A stretch of 62,625 nucleotides of DNA from a virus (Duplodnaviria; Caudoviricetes), in the IMG/VR virus record IMGVR_UViG_3300035490_000346, positions 1 to 62,625 of that record, one strand, 5' to 3'. A model generated the notes under the pieces. That model made no database searches, was not told where the DNA came from, and saw only the letters and a program-made list of their open reading frames with translations. Numbering within the stretch: position 1 is the first letter of the stretch; each line of letters starts with the position of its first letter. The translations under genes and the position numbers were made by a program. Shown here in pieces: positions 37,768-47,900 of this stretch.

Positions 37768-38670
37768 ATGGCCTTTCCAAAGACGGCGAACGCGATAGTC
37801 CGGGAGCCGGTCCTCTCCCCGCATGACTGGGAGAATGCCTGGGGGGGCCTCGCCTTCCATATCCCCCTGTCCCCCGAGGCCAAGGGCTTCTGGAAGACCG
37901 CCTCGTCCGCCCAGAGCAAGTACCTCCTGAGCCACTGCACCATCATGTCCTCCGTCGCCACCGAGGAGGAGCCCTACGACTTCCTTATCCGCCCGGCCAG
38001 CGCCCACCTGGTGAACAACAACGACGATGCCTGGTCCAACGATGTCATGAAGATGTCCCACAGGACCTTCGTGGGGGCCTTCAACTTCGTGGAGCACTTC
38101 CAGAACTCGAAGTATGCCAAGGGCCACATCATCGACAGCATCCTCAGGAAGATACACCTCACGCAGGACCCCAGGGACAGCGTCTACTTCGTGGACATCC
38201 TGGTCGCCACGGACCTCAGCCACAAGAAGCTGGCGGCCGACATACGCACCGGCAAGGTCAAGTACCTCAGCATGGGCTGCGTGACGGACCTGGTCATCTG
38301 CTCCTTCTGCGGCCAGAGGGTGGCCGATGCAGGCTCCTACTGCCACCACCTCCAGTTCAGCAAGGGGGCGTTCCTGCCCGACGACGACGGGGTGCCCAGG
38401 CGGATAGCCGAGCTTTGCGGCCACAAGTCCCTGCCGGGCGGCGGCGTGCGCTTCGTGGAGGCGTCCTGGGTACAGACCCCGGCGTTCCCAGGGGCGGTCA
38501 AGAGGTCCATAGTGTCGGAGGAGTGGATAGGCCCTGCCACCCAGTACACCAGGCAGGTATCGGCCTCGGGGGAGGAGTTCGCCAAGGCAGCCTCGGAGAA
38601 CGATGACTACCAGGGCCTTAATGTAGGAGAGTACCTCCTCTCCATGGATGACGGGAGGAACCTACGGTAA
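37768..38670 (+). CDS. Prohead maturation protease with a Zn-finger insert
   Basis: NNNDDAW, FVEH, LSMGC, CSFCG...C.H, EASWV..PAF.GA; upstream of scaffold and capsid. Confidence 0.8.
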   Translation: MAFPKTANAIVREPVLSPHDWENAWGGLAFHIPLSPEAKGFWKTASSAQSKYLLSHCTIMSSVATEEEPYDFLIRPASAHLVNNNDDAWSNDVMKMSHRTFVGAFNFVEHFQNSKYAKGHIIDSILRKIHLTQDPRDSVYFVDILVATDLSHKKLAADIRTGKVKYLSMGCVTDLVICSFCGQRVADAGSYCHHLQFSKGAFLPDDDGVPRRIAELCGHKSLPGGGVRFVEASWVQTPAFPGAVKRSIVSEEWIGPATQYTRQVSASGEEFAKAASENDDYQGLNVGEYLLSMDDGRNLR

Positions 38671-40955
38671 TGGCAGGACCTAACCCCCTGATTGCCGCCT
38701 ACCAGCGCAAGGTCGCGGAGCTGGGCGAGCTTGACAACGAGATAAACAGCCTGGACATGACCCTCCCGGAGGGGGAGGGCGGGAAGACCTTCGACTACCT
38801 TGCCCAGAAGCGCACGGAGATAGAGCGCGAGATACGGGGCATGAAGGAGAAGATTGACCTCCTCTCCGCCTGGCAGAGGCTCAAGGAGGGCATGCACTGG
38901 TCCGAGGGCCTCCGTACCCAGCTAGACGGCCTGGACGAGAGCATCGGGGAGATAGCCACCAGCAGGTCCGCCGAGGGCGTTCAGCCCGAGGGGGCACCCC
39001 CCCTGGGGCAGCCATCGGCAGAGGCACCGCCGCCCGCAGGGCAGGAGGCACTGCCCCCCGAGGCACCTCCAGAGGCACCCCCCGAGCCCCTCCCCACCGA
39101 GGAGACACCGCCCCCGGCAGCACCGGCACCCGTCCAGGCGGCCAAGAAAGACAACTATCCGACTCCTGATAAGAAGGGCAGTAACGTCCCTAACCCTGAG
39201 AGAGGAAAGACTATGGCAAATGATTCCAAGACCTCGCTGAAGACGGCGCTAACCGACATGAAGGCCAGCAGGGAGGCAGTGACAAGGGAGGCCAAGACCC
39301 GTGTCGCAGCCGCCTGGACCATTGCCAAGACCATGCTGCCCACGGCACCCCCGGAGGCGCAGAAGGCCTTTGCGCAGACGCTCCTGGCGAACAGCACCAA
39401 GGCGCTGGTCGCGGCCCTGAAGCAGACGGCGGTCAACGCGCACTACTCCAAGGTCGCCGATGAGTTCAAGAAGGTCCACAAGGTCGAGATAAACGACCTG
39501 CTTGAGGACCCCTCCATCCTGACCAAGGAGAAGGGCGCTGTCAAGTCCGAGGTCAAGGGCGACCCGAAGAACGCCACCGGGAAGCAGGCGGACGACCGCA
39601 AGGACGCCGGGCCGCAGCCCGCTACCTATAGTGACGGCCGCGGATGCGGCGGCGGAACCCACTCCGAGCCGAAGGAAGTAGACTCTGGCAAGGCAGCGGA
39701 GCGCCCAGGGGCAGGAGAGCGCCCCGGCGACACCGTGAACCTGTCCGAGGGCAAGTCCGCTGGCAAGGAGTCCGACAAGGCAGCAGAGAAGGTGGAGAAG
39801 GCCAAGGCAAAGGCAGAGGTCAAGGACGCCAAGAAGGACGCCTCTGCCAAGACGGCCCAGCCCGTACCGCCCCCGCCTCCCGCAGCGGCACCGCCAGTGC
39901 CGCCAGCACCGCCCGCAGAGGGCGGGGCCCCCGCACCGCCGGAGGAGCCGCTCGCCGCCGAGCCGCCCGCCGAGGGTGCGCCGGCCGAGCCCCCGTCCGA
40001 CCTCCCGCCCGTAGAGGGCGAGGGTGCCCTGCCGCCCCCAGGCGACATGCCGCCCGCAGAGGGCGGGGCCGCCGAGATGGTGACCGAGGAAAAGATTCGG
40101 GACATCTCGGAGAAGGTCCAGGAGGTAGCCCAGGAGATACAGGAGCTTCAGCAGGAAATCTCCGGGGAGGAGAAGGCAGGCGAGGAGGTCCCCGAGGGCG
40201 TCCTGGAGACAGAGGGCCAGGAGCTTGAGGAGACCGGCAAGGACCTCGAAGGAGAGGGCGCTGCCCTGGAAGGGGAGGGGGAGAGCCTGGAAGGAGAGGG
40301 CGAGGAGGGAGAGGGCGAGGCCCTCAACCTCGACAGCATCTTCAACGAGGACTCCATGGAGGAGAAGACCTCCGCTCTCGCCAACGAGGGGGACGGCTCC
40401 GGGGCAGAGTTCTTTGCACCGTCAGCCGCAGTGGAGATGGAGGCTGCCATCGACGAGAACGACATGGGCAGCATCCAGGACATGTTCTCCGTCGTAGGCT
40501 CCGATGCCGACCCGCTAGCGGCCCTGTTCGATGTCAAGACGGCCGCCCAGGTAGCAGGCATGGACGTGGTCCCCAGCTTCACCGGGGAGGCGGCCAAGAA
40601 GTTCCAGAGCGACACGGCCGGCAGCGATGGCAGGGACTATGATGACGACCACAGCGCCACGCTGTGGGCAGAGGTCATCAAGACCTCCGACCTGCCGGAG
40701 TTCAAGGACAGCGGCCCCGGCAAGGGCCCCGTCAGGGTCCCGCAGGACTCCAAGCCCAAGCTGGAGAGCCCCAAGGACGGCGACACGCCTGCCTCCCAGG
40801 GCAAGGCGGCCGCCAAGCCCGCCGCTGTGAAGAAGGCCCCGGCCACCCTGAAGAAGATTAAGCCGGTCATCGCCTCCGACAAGGACGCTGCCCTGCGCAC
40901 CGTTGACATCGCAGACGCCCTGTTCGGGGACTCCGGCATGGGAGAGGGCCGGTAA
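38670..40955 (+). CDS. Capsid scaffolding protein (probable internal start at 39213)
   Basis: Acidic, coiled-coil and Pro/Ala-rich; between protease and capsid genes. Confidence 0.75.
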   Translation: MAGPNPLIAAYQRKVAELGELDNEINSLDMTLPEGEGGKTFDYLAQKRTEIEREIRGMKEKIDLLSAWQRLKEGMHWSEGLRTQLDGLDESIGEIATSRSAEGVQPEGAPPLGQPSAEAPPPAGQEALPPEAPPEAPPEPLPTEETPPPAAPAPVQAAKKDNYPTPDKKGSNVPNPERGKTMANDSKTSLKTALTDMKASREAVTREAKTRVAAAWTIAKTMLPTAPPEAQKAFAQTLLANSTKALVAALKQTAVNAHYSKVADEFKKVHKVEINDLLEDPSILTKEKGAVKSEVKGDPKNATGKQADDRKDAGPQPATYSDGRGCGGGTHSEPKEVDSGKAAERPGAGERPGDTVNLSEGKSAGKESDKAAEKVEKAKAKAEVKDAKKDASAKTAQPVPPPPPAAAPPVPPAPPAEGGAPAPPEEPLAAEPPAEGAPAEPPSDLPPVEGEGALPPPGDMPPAEGGAAEMVTEEKIRDISEKVQEVAQEIQELQQEISGEEKAGEEVPEGVLETEGQELEETGKDLEGEGAALEGEGESLEGEGEEGEGEALNLDSIFNEDSMEEKTSALANEGDGSGAEFFAPSAAVEMEAAIDENDMGSIQDMFSVVGSDADPLAALFDVKTAAQVAGMDVVPSFTGEAAKKFQSDTAGSDGRDYDDDHSATLWAEVIKTSDLPEFKDSGPGKGPVRVPQDSKPKLESPKDGDTPASQGKAAAKPAAVKKAPATLKKIKPVIASDKDAALRTVDIADALFGDSGMGEGR

Positions 40956-41173
40956 ACCTACAACACCATACGCCCCCTGGGCCAGCCGGGGGGCGTACCC
41001 TTATCAGGACACCCCCTTCATGCAAGATTGGCCACCCGCCAATAACCCGCAAGAGAGACCCCATAGAATCCCAGCAAGTCGGGCCTATACGGCTACGGCT
41101 GGAACCCCGCCAACCAAGCGCCCGGAACCGACTTCCGGGCGTCCCTTCTAGCCCGGAATTCTGCCGGTTCCGC

Positions 41174-41198
41174 AACTACGGCCCCCCTTATATGTAGG
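41174..41198 (+). promoter_or_regulatory. Class L promoter of the capsid operon
   Basis: AACTA-N9-TTATATGTAGG. Confidence 0.65.
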
Positions 41199-41291
41199 CG
41201 TGTGTGGCATGCTATAGCCCCGAATGTCCCTCCCTGGACGACGGGCTGGCGGGCCGCATAATCCAAACCGCCTGCGACGGAGTAGAAGAAA

Positions 41292-41918
41292 ATGGGTCTA
41301 AAGCTCCTCTACTACGGACAGAACGACAGCGTGAACTGCACGCCTGACGTGCTCCTGACCGGAGACCCTGGCACTGACCAGCAGACGCTAATCAGCGCCG
41401 GGTACCTGGGCGGGCGCATCATGGCGCTGGCCTCCCCTGGCAACAACATCACCAACCAGGCGGTCATAGTTCCCTGTGACGTAGATGCTAGCGCCCCTGG
41501 CACTGAGACTGCCAAGGCGGGCATCGTCGGTCCTGGCCCGTACAACCCGAACGACAACTACTACACCTCGTCTGCGACCACCACTGTGGCAGCGGGCAAC
41601 ATCCCCTTCGGGGCGCTGCTCAACGGTCCTGGCGAGTTCTCCGGTGCAATCGGCCCCGCAGGGTCCAAGAAGGCCCCGCTGGTCCGTGCGCTCTGGCAGG
41701 GCAACCTCAACCAGGAGTCGTATGACACGGCTACCCTGGCCATGAACGCCTACAAGGTAGGACAGTACGTCTACTGCGGAGGCAACAGCAAGGGCAACGT
41801 CGGGCTGTACACTTCTTCCGGCAATGCCTCGACGGCGGGCCTCAAGATACCCGTGGGAATCTGCACTCACGTGCCGACCACCCAGGAGCCTTGGCTCGGC
41901 GTAGCCAGCCTGCTATAA
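41292..41918 (+). CDS. Capsid decoration/cement protein
   Basis: G/T-rich; directly upstream of major capsid; C-terminal VGICT..P....LGV. Confidence 0.7.
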   Translation: MGLKLLYYGQNDSVNCTPDVLLTGDPGTDQQTLISAGYLGGRIMALASPGNNITNQAVIVPCDVDASAPGTETAKAGIVGPGPYNPNDNYYTSSATTTVAAGNIPFGALLNGPGEFSGAIGPAGSKKAPLVRALWQGNLNQESYDTATLAMNAYKVGQYVYCGGNSKGNVGLYTSSGNASTAGLKIPVGICTHVPTTQEPWLGVASLL

Positions 41919-41938
41919 GGCGAGAGGAGAAAAACTAA

Positions 41939-42937
41939 ATGGCAAACCTTTCCCGCACCCAGCAGCAGACGGCAATGCTAGGCCAACTGCTGAAGACGGC
42001 CGGCGGACGGCAGAAGCTCGCCGCCAGCCTCGGACCGTCCCTGCGCAGGCGTCGTGACTACATGAGCATCGCCCGCAAGGCGCTCATGGTCGAGACCCTG
42101 CCGGACGGCGCTCTTCCCATCTACGACAAGGAGTTCGACATCGCGGCCCAGACCGTTTCCGGCCCTGCCGGTGGGTCCTTTGTCGAGGCCTTCGTGGTCG
42201 GCGAAGAGGGCGGAGACATCGTTCGGGTCACCAAGCCGAAGCGTGTCACCGTCCCGACGTTCGAGATTGTCTCTAACCCCATGATTCCAATCACCCAGAT
42301 TAAGGAGCGCAGGTTCGACCTGGTCGCTCGTTCCCTTAACCTGGCGAAGGCAGAGGTCGGGGCAGCCGAGGACGGCTACGTCTTCGGGCTGTTCGATGCC
42401 GTTGCCGCCGCAGCCAACGTACAGGTCGCAGCGGACAACGCCACCAAGGCCGGCAGCGGCCCGTTCGACCCTGTCTACAATGGGGACATCGCAATCAGCC
42501 CGCCCGTTGACATCAACTCGATGGCCGACGGCTTCGGGCAGGTGCAGCGGCACGACCTCTCCGTGGCCTTCTGTTTCTTCAACCCGAGGGACTACACGGA
42601 CCTGCTGAAGTGGACCCAGCAGAACATCGACCGCGAGACGCAGCGCAAGCTGCTGAAGACCGGCGTCATGGGCTACCTGTGGGGGGCAACGCTCCTCCAG
42701 TCCCGTAAGGTCGGCTTCGGCTGCGTGTACCTCCTGGCGGACGCCGAGTTCCTGGGCGTCATCCCGGAGCGTATCCCGCTGACCGTCATGTCCGCCGACA
42801 GGCCGGACCTCAGGCAGATTGGGTTCAGCATCTTCGAGAACCTGGGCTTCCTGGTGTTCAACCCCTCCGGCGTGCAGCGCCTCACCATAACCGGCCGCTT
42901 CCAGATGTGGAACGGCCAGAACCAGGGCGAGAACTAA
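41939..42937 (+). CDS. Major capsid protein (HK97 fold)
   Basis: R..DY..IARKAL.VE.LP.GA.P.YDK, VP.FEI.SNP, G.LWGA, GF...E..G; strong terminator follows. Confidence 0.88.
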   Translation: MANLSRTQQQTAMLGQLLKTAGGRQKLAASLGPSLRRRRDYMSIARKALMVETLPDGALPIYDKEFDIAAQTVSGPAGGSFVEAFVVGEEGGDIVRVTKPKRVTVPTFEIVSNPMIPITQIKERRFDLVARSLNLAKAEVGAAEDGYVFGLFDAVAAAANVQVAADNATKAGSGPFDPVYNGDIAISPPVDINSMADGFGQVQRHDLSVAFCFFNPRDYTDLLKWTQQNIDRETQRKLLKTGVMGYLWGATLLQSRKVGFGCVYLLADAEFLGVIPERIPLTVMSADRPDLRQIGFSIFENLGFLVFNPSGVQRLTITGRFQMWNGQNQGEN

Positions 42938-42960
42938 GGCCCTCCAGTAGCATTCCTCCA

Positions 42961-42994
42961 GCCGGGGACCCCTGCGGGTCCCCGCTCTTTTTTT
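42961..42994 (+). terminator. Rho-independent terminator
   Basis: CGGGGACCC-CTGC-GGGTCCCCG followed by a T7 run. Confidence 0.92.
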
Positions 42995-43081
42995 GCCCCT
43001 TCCCTCCCGTATCCGGTATTATAAACAAGCATGCCCGTGCTACGGGGATGCTATTTTAGGAGGCAGCCTCCGGGACCAGGG

Positions 43082-43702
43082 ATGACGAACTATGTAGCCA
43101 GCACGACTATAAACTTCGAGGGGTCAAGGTTCTACGTCCGCCCAGGGGACATCCTGTCCTATAACCCCCAGCACGGCGGGGGCTCCCTGGCCATATTCCG
43201 CAACGGGCAGCTTGTCAAGGTGCTGAGGACGGACTCCCTGGCCATCGAGGCGTTCCTGAAGAGCAGGTTCATATCCGAGGTCAAGGCCCCTCCCAAGCCC
43301 CCGCCCGCCCCTGCGGGGACAATCACCCTGGACACCCTCATCGACGGGTATGCCAGGACGCTCAGGCCCGGGCCGCCCGCCCCCGACCTATACGGGCTGC
43401 TCAGCCCTCCCCAGGCAGCAGGGCCGCTGTCCGACTCCGACCTGCTGGCCGATGCCAAGGTCCTGCTTCCCGAGGCAGCAGCAGACTCGTTCCCCTCCGA
43501 CCTGGGCGTGGCTATCGTAGACGGCCAGCCTGTAGTAGGCCCTCCGGGCGAGGCACCTCCCAAGGGCAAGAGGAGGAGGAAGCCCGTCCCTGTGGCCGAG
43601 ATTGACTACGCCGTGCATCCCCCTCCCCTGCCGCCCTCCCAGGTACCCGGCCCCGAGGACGCCCCGCCAGAACCCTGGCATAACAGAATATCCGAACCAT
43701 AG
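43082..43702 (+). CDS. Hypothetical protein with a Pro-rich tail (alternative start 43031)
   Basis: Folded-looking N-terminus. Confidence 0.65.
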   Translation: MTNYVASTTINFEGSRFYVRPGDILSYNPQHGGGSLAIFRNGQLVKVLRTDSLAIEAFLKSRFISEVKAPPKPPPAPAGTITLDTLIDGYARTLRPGPPAPDLYGLLSPPQAAGPLSDSDLLADAKVLLPEAAADSFPSDLGVAIVDGQPVVGPPGEAPPKGKRRRKPVPVAEIDYAVHPPPLPPSQVPGPEDAPPEPWHNRISEP

Positions 43703-43713
43703 ACGAGGGGTCT

Positions 43714-44688
43714 ATGGCCTTTGCAAGCCTATCCAGCCTGGACACAGCGCTCTGGGTGCAGGTTCCTATAGTCGTCCTCCGCCCTCCGTACACCAAGGTG
43801 GCGATAAGCCTCCCGGAGCTGGTGAGGCAGACCAATGCCTTCAGCGTGAAGCGGAGGGCGGGGTGCAATGCTACCCTGAAGCGCAGCCGCCCCAAGGAGC
43901 TTTACCTGGAGTACAACGTGGTGTGCCACGAGAGCTACTCCGACCCCCGTGGGCACGACGTGCAGGTCCAGTTCGACCTCTCCCAGGTCGAGGAGACCCA
44001 GGACGCCAAGAGGCTGGACGTGAGGGTAAGCTGTAGCTGCCCCGCGTTCCTGTACTGGGGCGCACAGTGGAACCTCCACCAGCGCGACGGCCTCCACGGC
44101 CAGGCACGGCCCCTCCTCCAGGCACCCACCCAGAGGCTAGACCTCCGGGGCAACTTCGTAATCTGCAAGCACGTCAAGGCGGTGTTCGAGCGCATCCTGC
44201 CGTCCGTCCAGTACAATATCACCAAGGTCGTGCGCGAGCGCGAGGTGAAGCGCACCAGGGAGCGCGTGGAGAAGGAGGAGCGGCCGACCGACAGGGAGAA
44301 GCGCCTGCGCCGGGAGCAGATGGAGATGAGGATGAGGAAGGACATCAATACCATCCTCAAGACCAAGGACCCGGAGGAGCGGGAGCGGCTGGTAAAGGAG
44401 CTGGTGGACAAGGAGAAGAAGCGCCTCTACAGGCAGGTAGAGACGGAGAGGGGGAAGGGGCCGGGGAAGGCCCCTGCTCCCCCTAAGCCTGGCCCTTCCT
44501 CCCCGAAGGAGCCCCCCAAGCCCCCGGAGAAGAAGAAGGTCGTGAAGAGGGACGAGCCTGCTGTTTCTCCCCCCAAGGAGCCTGCCCCTAAGCCTGCCGC
44601 CCCGCAGGGGCCCGGCCTGGAGGACCTGGTAAGGGAGGAGGAGAGGAAGCTGCGGGCAAGGAAGCCCAGGGAGAAGCCTAAGGAATAG
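43714..44688 (+). CDS. SWIM zinc-finger protein with a charged tail
   Basis: VSCSCPAF.YWG...ICKH. Confidence 0.75.
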   Translation: MAFASLSSLDTALWVQVPIVVLRPPYTKVAISLPELVRQTNAFSVKRRAGCNATLKRSRPKELYLEYNVVCHESYSDPRGHDVQVQFDLSQVEETQDAKRLDVRVSCSCPAFLYWGAQWNLHQRDGLHGQARPLLQAPTQRLDLRGNFVICKHVKAVFERILPSVQYNITKVVREREVKRTRERVEKEERPTDREKRLRREQMEMRMRKDINTILKTKDPEERERLVKELVDKEKKRLYRQVETERGKGPGKAPAPPKPGPSSPKEPPKPPEKKKVVKRDEPAVSPPKEPAPKPAAPQGPGLEDLVREEERKLRARKPREKPKE

Positions 44689-44689
44689 C

Positions 44690-44992
44690 ATGATTACGGC
44701 AGAGGTCAACCAGCCCTACTCCAACCGCATCCAGCTCCTCCTGGAGGACTGGGTCGGCCCCCTCGTCCAGCCGACCAGCCCCCCGGCCCCCTTCGACCCC
44801 ACGGACCCAGGGGTCCTGGAGGTCTACATAAACGGCGTCCCCGCCACGGTCAGCACCTTCTCCTTCGACAGCGTCAACAACCGCTACCTGCTGTTCCTGG
44901 CGGAGGCCTTCGACCCCTCTACGGCGGTGGTCCAGGCCATACACCATATGCCCAGCCCCCCGTACCAGTACGGGATACCGGTGGTGATATAG
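44690..44992 (+). CDS. Small probable virion protein
   Basis: Beta-rich; coupled to the next gene. Confidence 0.6.
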   Translation: MITAEVNQPYSNRIQLLLEDWVGPLVQPTSPPAPFDPTDPGVLEVYINGVPATVSTFSFDSVNNRYLLFLAEAFDPSTAVVQAIHHMPSPPYQYGIPVVI

Positions 44993-44993
44993 C

Positions 44994-47900
44994 ATGCCTG
45001 TCCAGGTCCCGACCATCGTGCAGTCCGTGTTCACGAGGGTGGACAATGCCCTGTCGGCCACCCTTAGCCTGCCCTATGCCTGCGTTACGGGCAACTCCAC
45101 CCTTCTCATGGGGCTGGGGGGCGACAGCTTCTTCCCGGTAAGGACCCAAGTGCCCCCCGGGCCCCCATGGGCTACCTGGGTCGGACTTGCCTTCGACTAC
45201 TCTATCGCACCGTACGGGACCTTCGGACAGGTCCTCTCGTGGAGCCATCTCGTGGCCGACGGCGACGACTCCCAGCACGTGGAGGTAGTGACCTTCTCGC
45301 GCCTCTGGCCAGCGATAAGCTGGGGGCTCTTCGAGATTACGGGCGACATCCGGCTTGCGACCATCACTACCTCGATATTGCCAGACGTGTACGGCGGCCA
45401 CAGCCACGACCCCAACTGCTGGAACCCCTCTGCCTCCTACTCTGTCGGTAACGTGGTTAGCTGGATAGCCTATTCCTGGACCTGCACCGTCCCGAACATC
45501 GACCAGGAACCGTATGCCGGGTCTAGCTACTGGGCCCGTGGGGGGTCGAGCGCCAGCACCACCCTTGCGACCGCTGAGATATCCAATCCCGGCGAGTCGC
45601 TCTGCATCGGGGGGTTCACCTGGAAGAGCGCCGACACCAGCACCAACCCCTCCCCCTCTCCCTATGTGTGGGTCAACCGCTCCAACGGCGACCCGGCCGG
45701 GGACAACTCCATCTTCTTCGCCGCCACTGGCAACCCCCTGCCCGATACCGCCGTCTCCGTCACCCTTCCCAACGCCGCCCACTGGGTGACCGGCTGGGTC
45801 CTCATCTCCGTCTACTCCTCGTCCACTACAGTCATCACCAGCAACAGCCCCTCCATATCCGGGACCTCCGTGACGTTCACGGCCACCGTCACCACCACCC
45901 AGGGGGGAGACCCTACGGGGACCGTCACCTTCAGCGACAGCCTGGGGAGCTTCAGCCCCCAGACGGTGCCCCTCTCCGGGGGGCAGGCCCAGTTCAGCAC
46001 CTCTGCCCTCTCGGTGGATTCCCATACCATCACGGCGGCCTACAACGGGGACAGCAGCCATGCCAGCAGCCTCGGCACGGTAGCCCAGAGCGTGCAGTAC
46101 GCTACCCCCTCCGTGGCCGTCCTGAGCAGCCTCAACCCGTCCCTCACCGGCGACCCCGTCACCTTTACCGTGAACGTCACGGGGGGGTACGGGACGCCGA
46201 CCGGGAGCGTGCTGCTGTCCGACGACCTGGGGAGCTTCAGCCCCCAGACCTTGCCCCTCGTCCTGGGCTCCGCCCAGTATACGGCCCCCTCCCTGGGCCT
46301 GGACTACCATAACATATCCGCCGCCTACAGCGGGGACGGGGTGTATGCCCCCCTGGCCGCCGTCCTGGTGCAGCAGGTCGTCCCCAAGTACGACCCCGTG
46401 GTAGCGATGACCAGCAGCAACGACCCCCAGTCCTTCGGGCAGGAGTTCACCCTTACCATAACGGTAGGGCCCTCGTCCGGGGGGCCGGTCCCGACCGGGA
46501 CGGTAGGCCTCACGGACACCGTCCTGGGAGACCTCGGCACCTATCCCCTTGTCTCCGGGGCGGCTACCTACACCATGGACCTCCTCTCCCCCTGGGCGGT
46601 GGGCAGCCACATCGTCACGGCAGCATACGGCGGGGACAGCAGCTACAACACGGGCACGGCGTCCCTTGTCGAGCTTATAACCGTGGCCTCCAGCCTCGTG
46701 TACGCCGACCTCCCCGGCTTCGCCCTGGTGGCGTCCTACTCCCCCGAGGGGGACGAGGGCCTCCCTGCCTGGGCATCCTTCTCTGCCAGCCCCGACCCGG
46801 CCGACCAGGGCCAGGAGGTCTACCTGCTGTGGACCAGCGCCAATATCGCCTCCGTCAGGATATACGGCAGCAACGGGACGGACTCCCTGGACACGGGGGT
46901 GCTCCAGGCCTCCGGCCCCGGCCTCTATGCCGTGGCCAGCGGCTTCCAGCACAGCATCACCCTCTCCTGCCTTGCCTATGACGCCAGCGGCAACACGGTG
47001 GCCTCCCAGCCCTTGACCGTCACCGTCATCTCGGCCCCGGAGCTGGACAGCCTCTCCCCCCCGTCTGCCACCGAGGGCTCTACCGCGCAAACCCTGGACC
47101 TGATGGGGAGCTACTTCACGCCGGACTGCACGGCGACCTACAACGGCACCCCGCACACCGTATCCTACATAGGCCCCACGGAGCTGTCTATCCCGCTGAC
47201 GGACGGGGACCAGGCGACCCAGGGCAGCTATCCCGTGGTCGTGACCAATAGCATAGGCTCTTCCGACCCTGTCGATTTCCTGGTCACCTCCGTCTCCCCC
47301 TACCCGGACCTCCCGCCCTTCGTCCAGAGCAATATGGCCGGGAGCCCCCAGGTGCCCAACCCGGTCACTGTCCCCTACCTCCAGGACACCACGAACGGCA
47401 ACTTCCTGCTGTGCTTTGTCGCCAGCCAGGATGCCTCCGCCCCCCCTATCTCCGACACCCTCGGGAGCCCCTGGACCCTGGTCGGCAGCCACCACGGGCT
47501 CGGGTCTAACTATCCCTATGCCTATGTGTTCGCGGTCTATAACAGCGACACGTACGGCGGTCCCGACACGGTCCAGGTCGGGGCCAGCGACGGGGTGCCC
47601 CGCATGGTCCAGATATGGGAGTTCCAGGTAGGCTATGCGCTTGACACTATCACCTGGAACGACACTGCGGTAAACGGCAGCGGGAGCGTATCGACGGGCA
47701 CTACAACGATGACCCATGACTACGACCTGGTACTGACCCTCTTCGTAGACGAGGACCAGGGTGCCAGGACTGTCCCGATACCCGGCACCAGCTTCCAGGG
47801 ATGGAGCGGGCAGGAGTACCAGGCACCGTCGCCGGCCGGCAGCATGCAGGTGTTCGAGCCCTGCCCTGGGACCACGATAGGCAGTTGCGGGGACGCCCCG

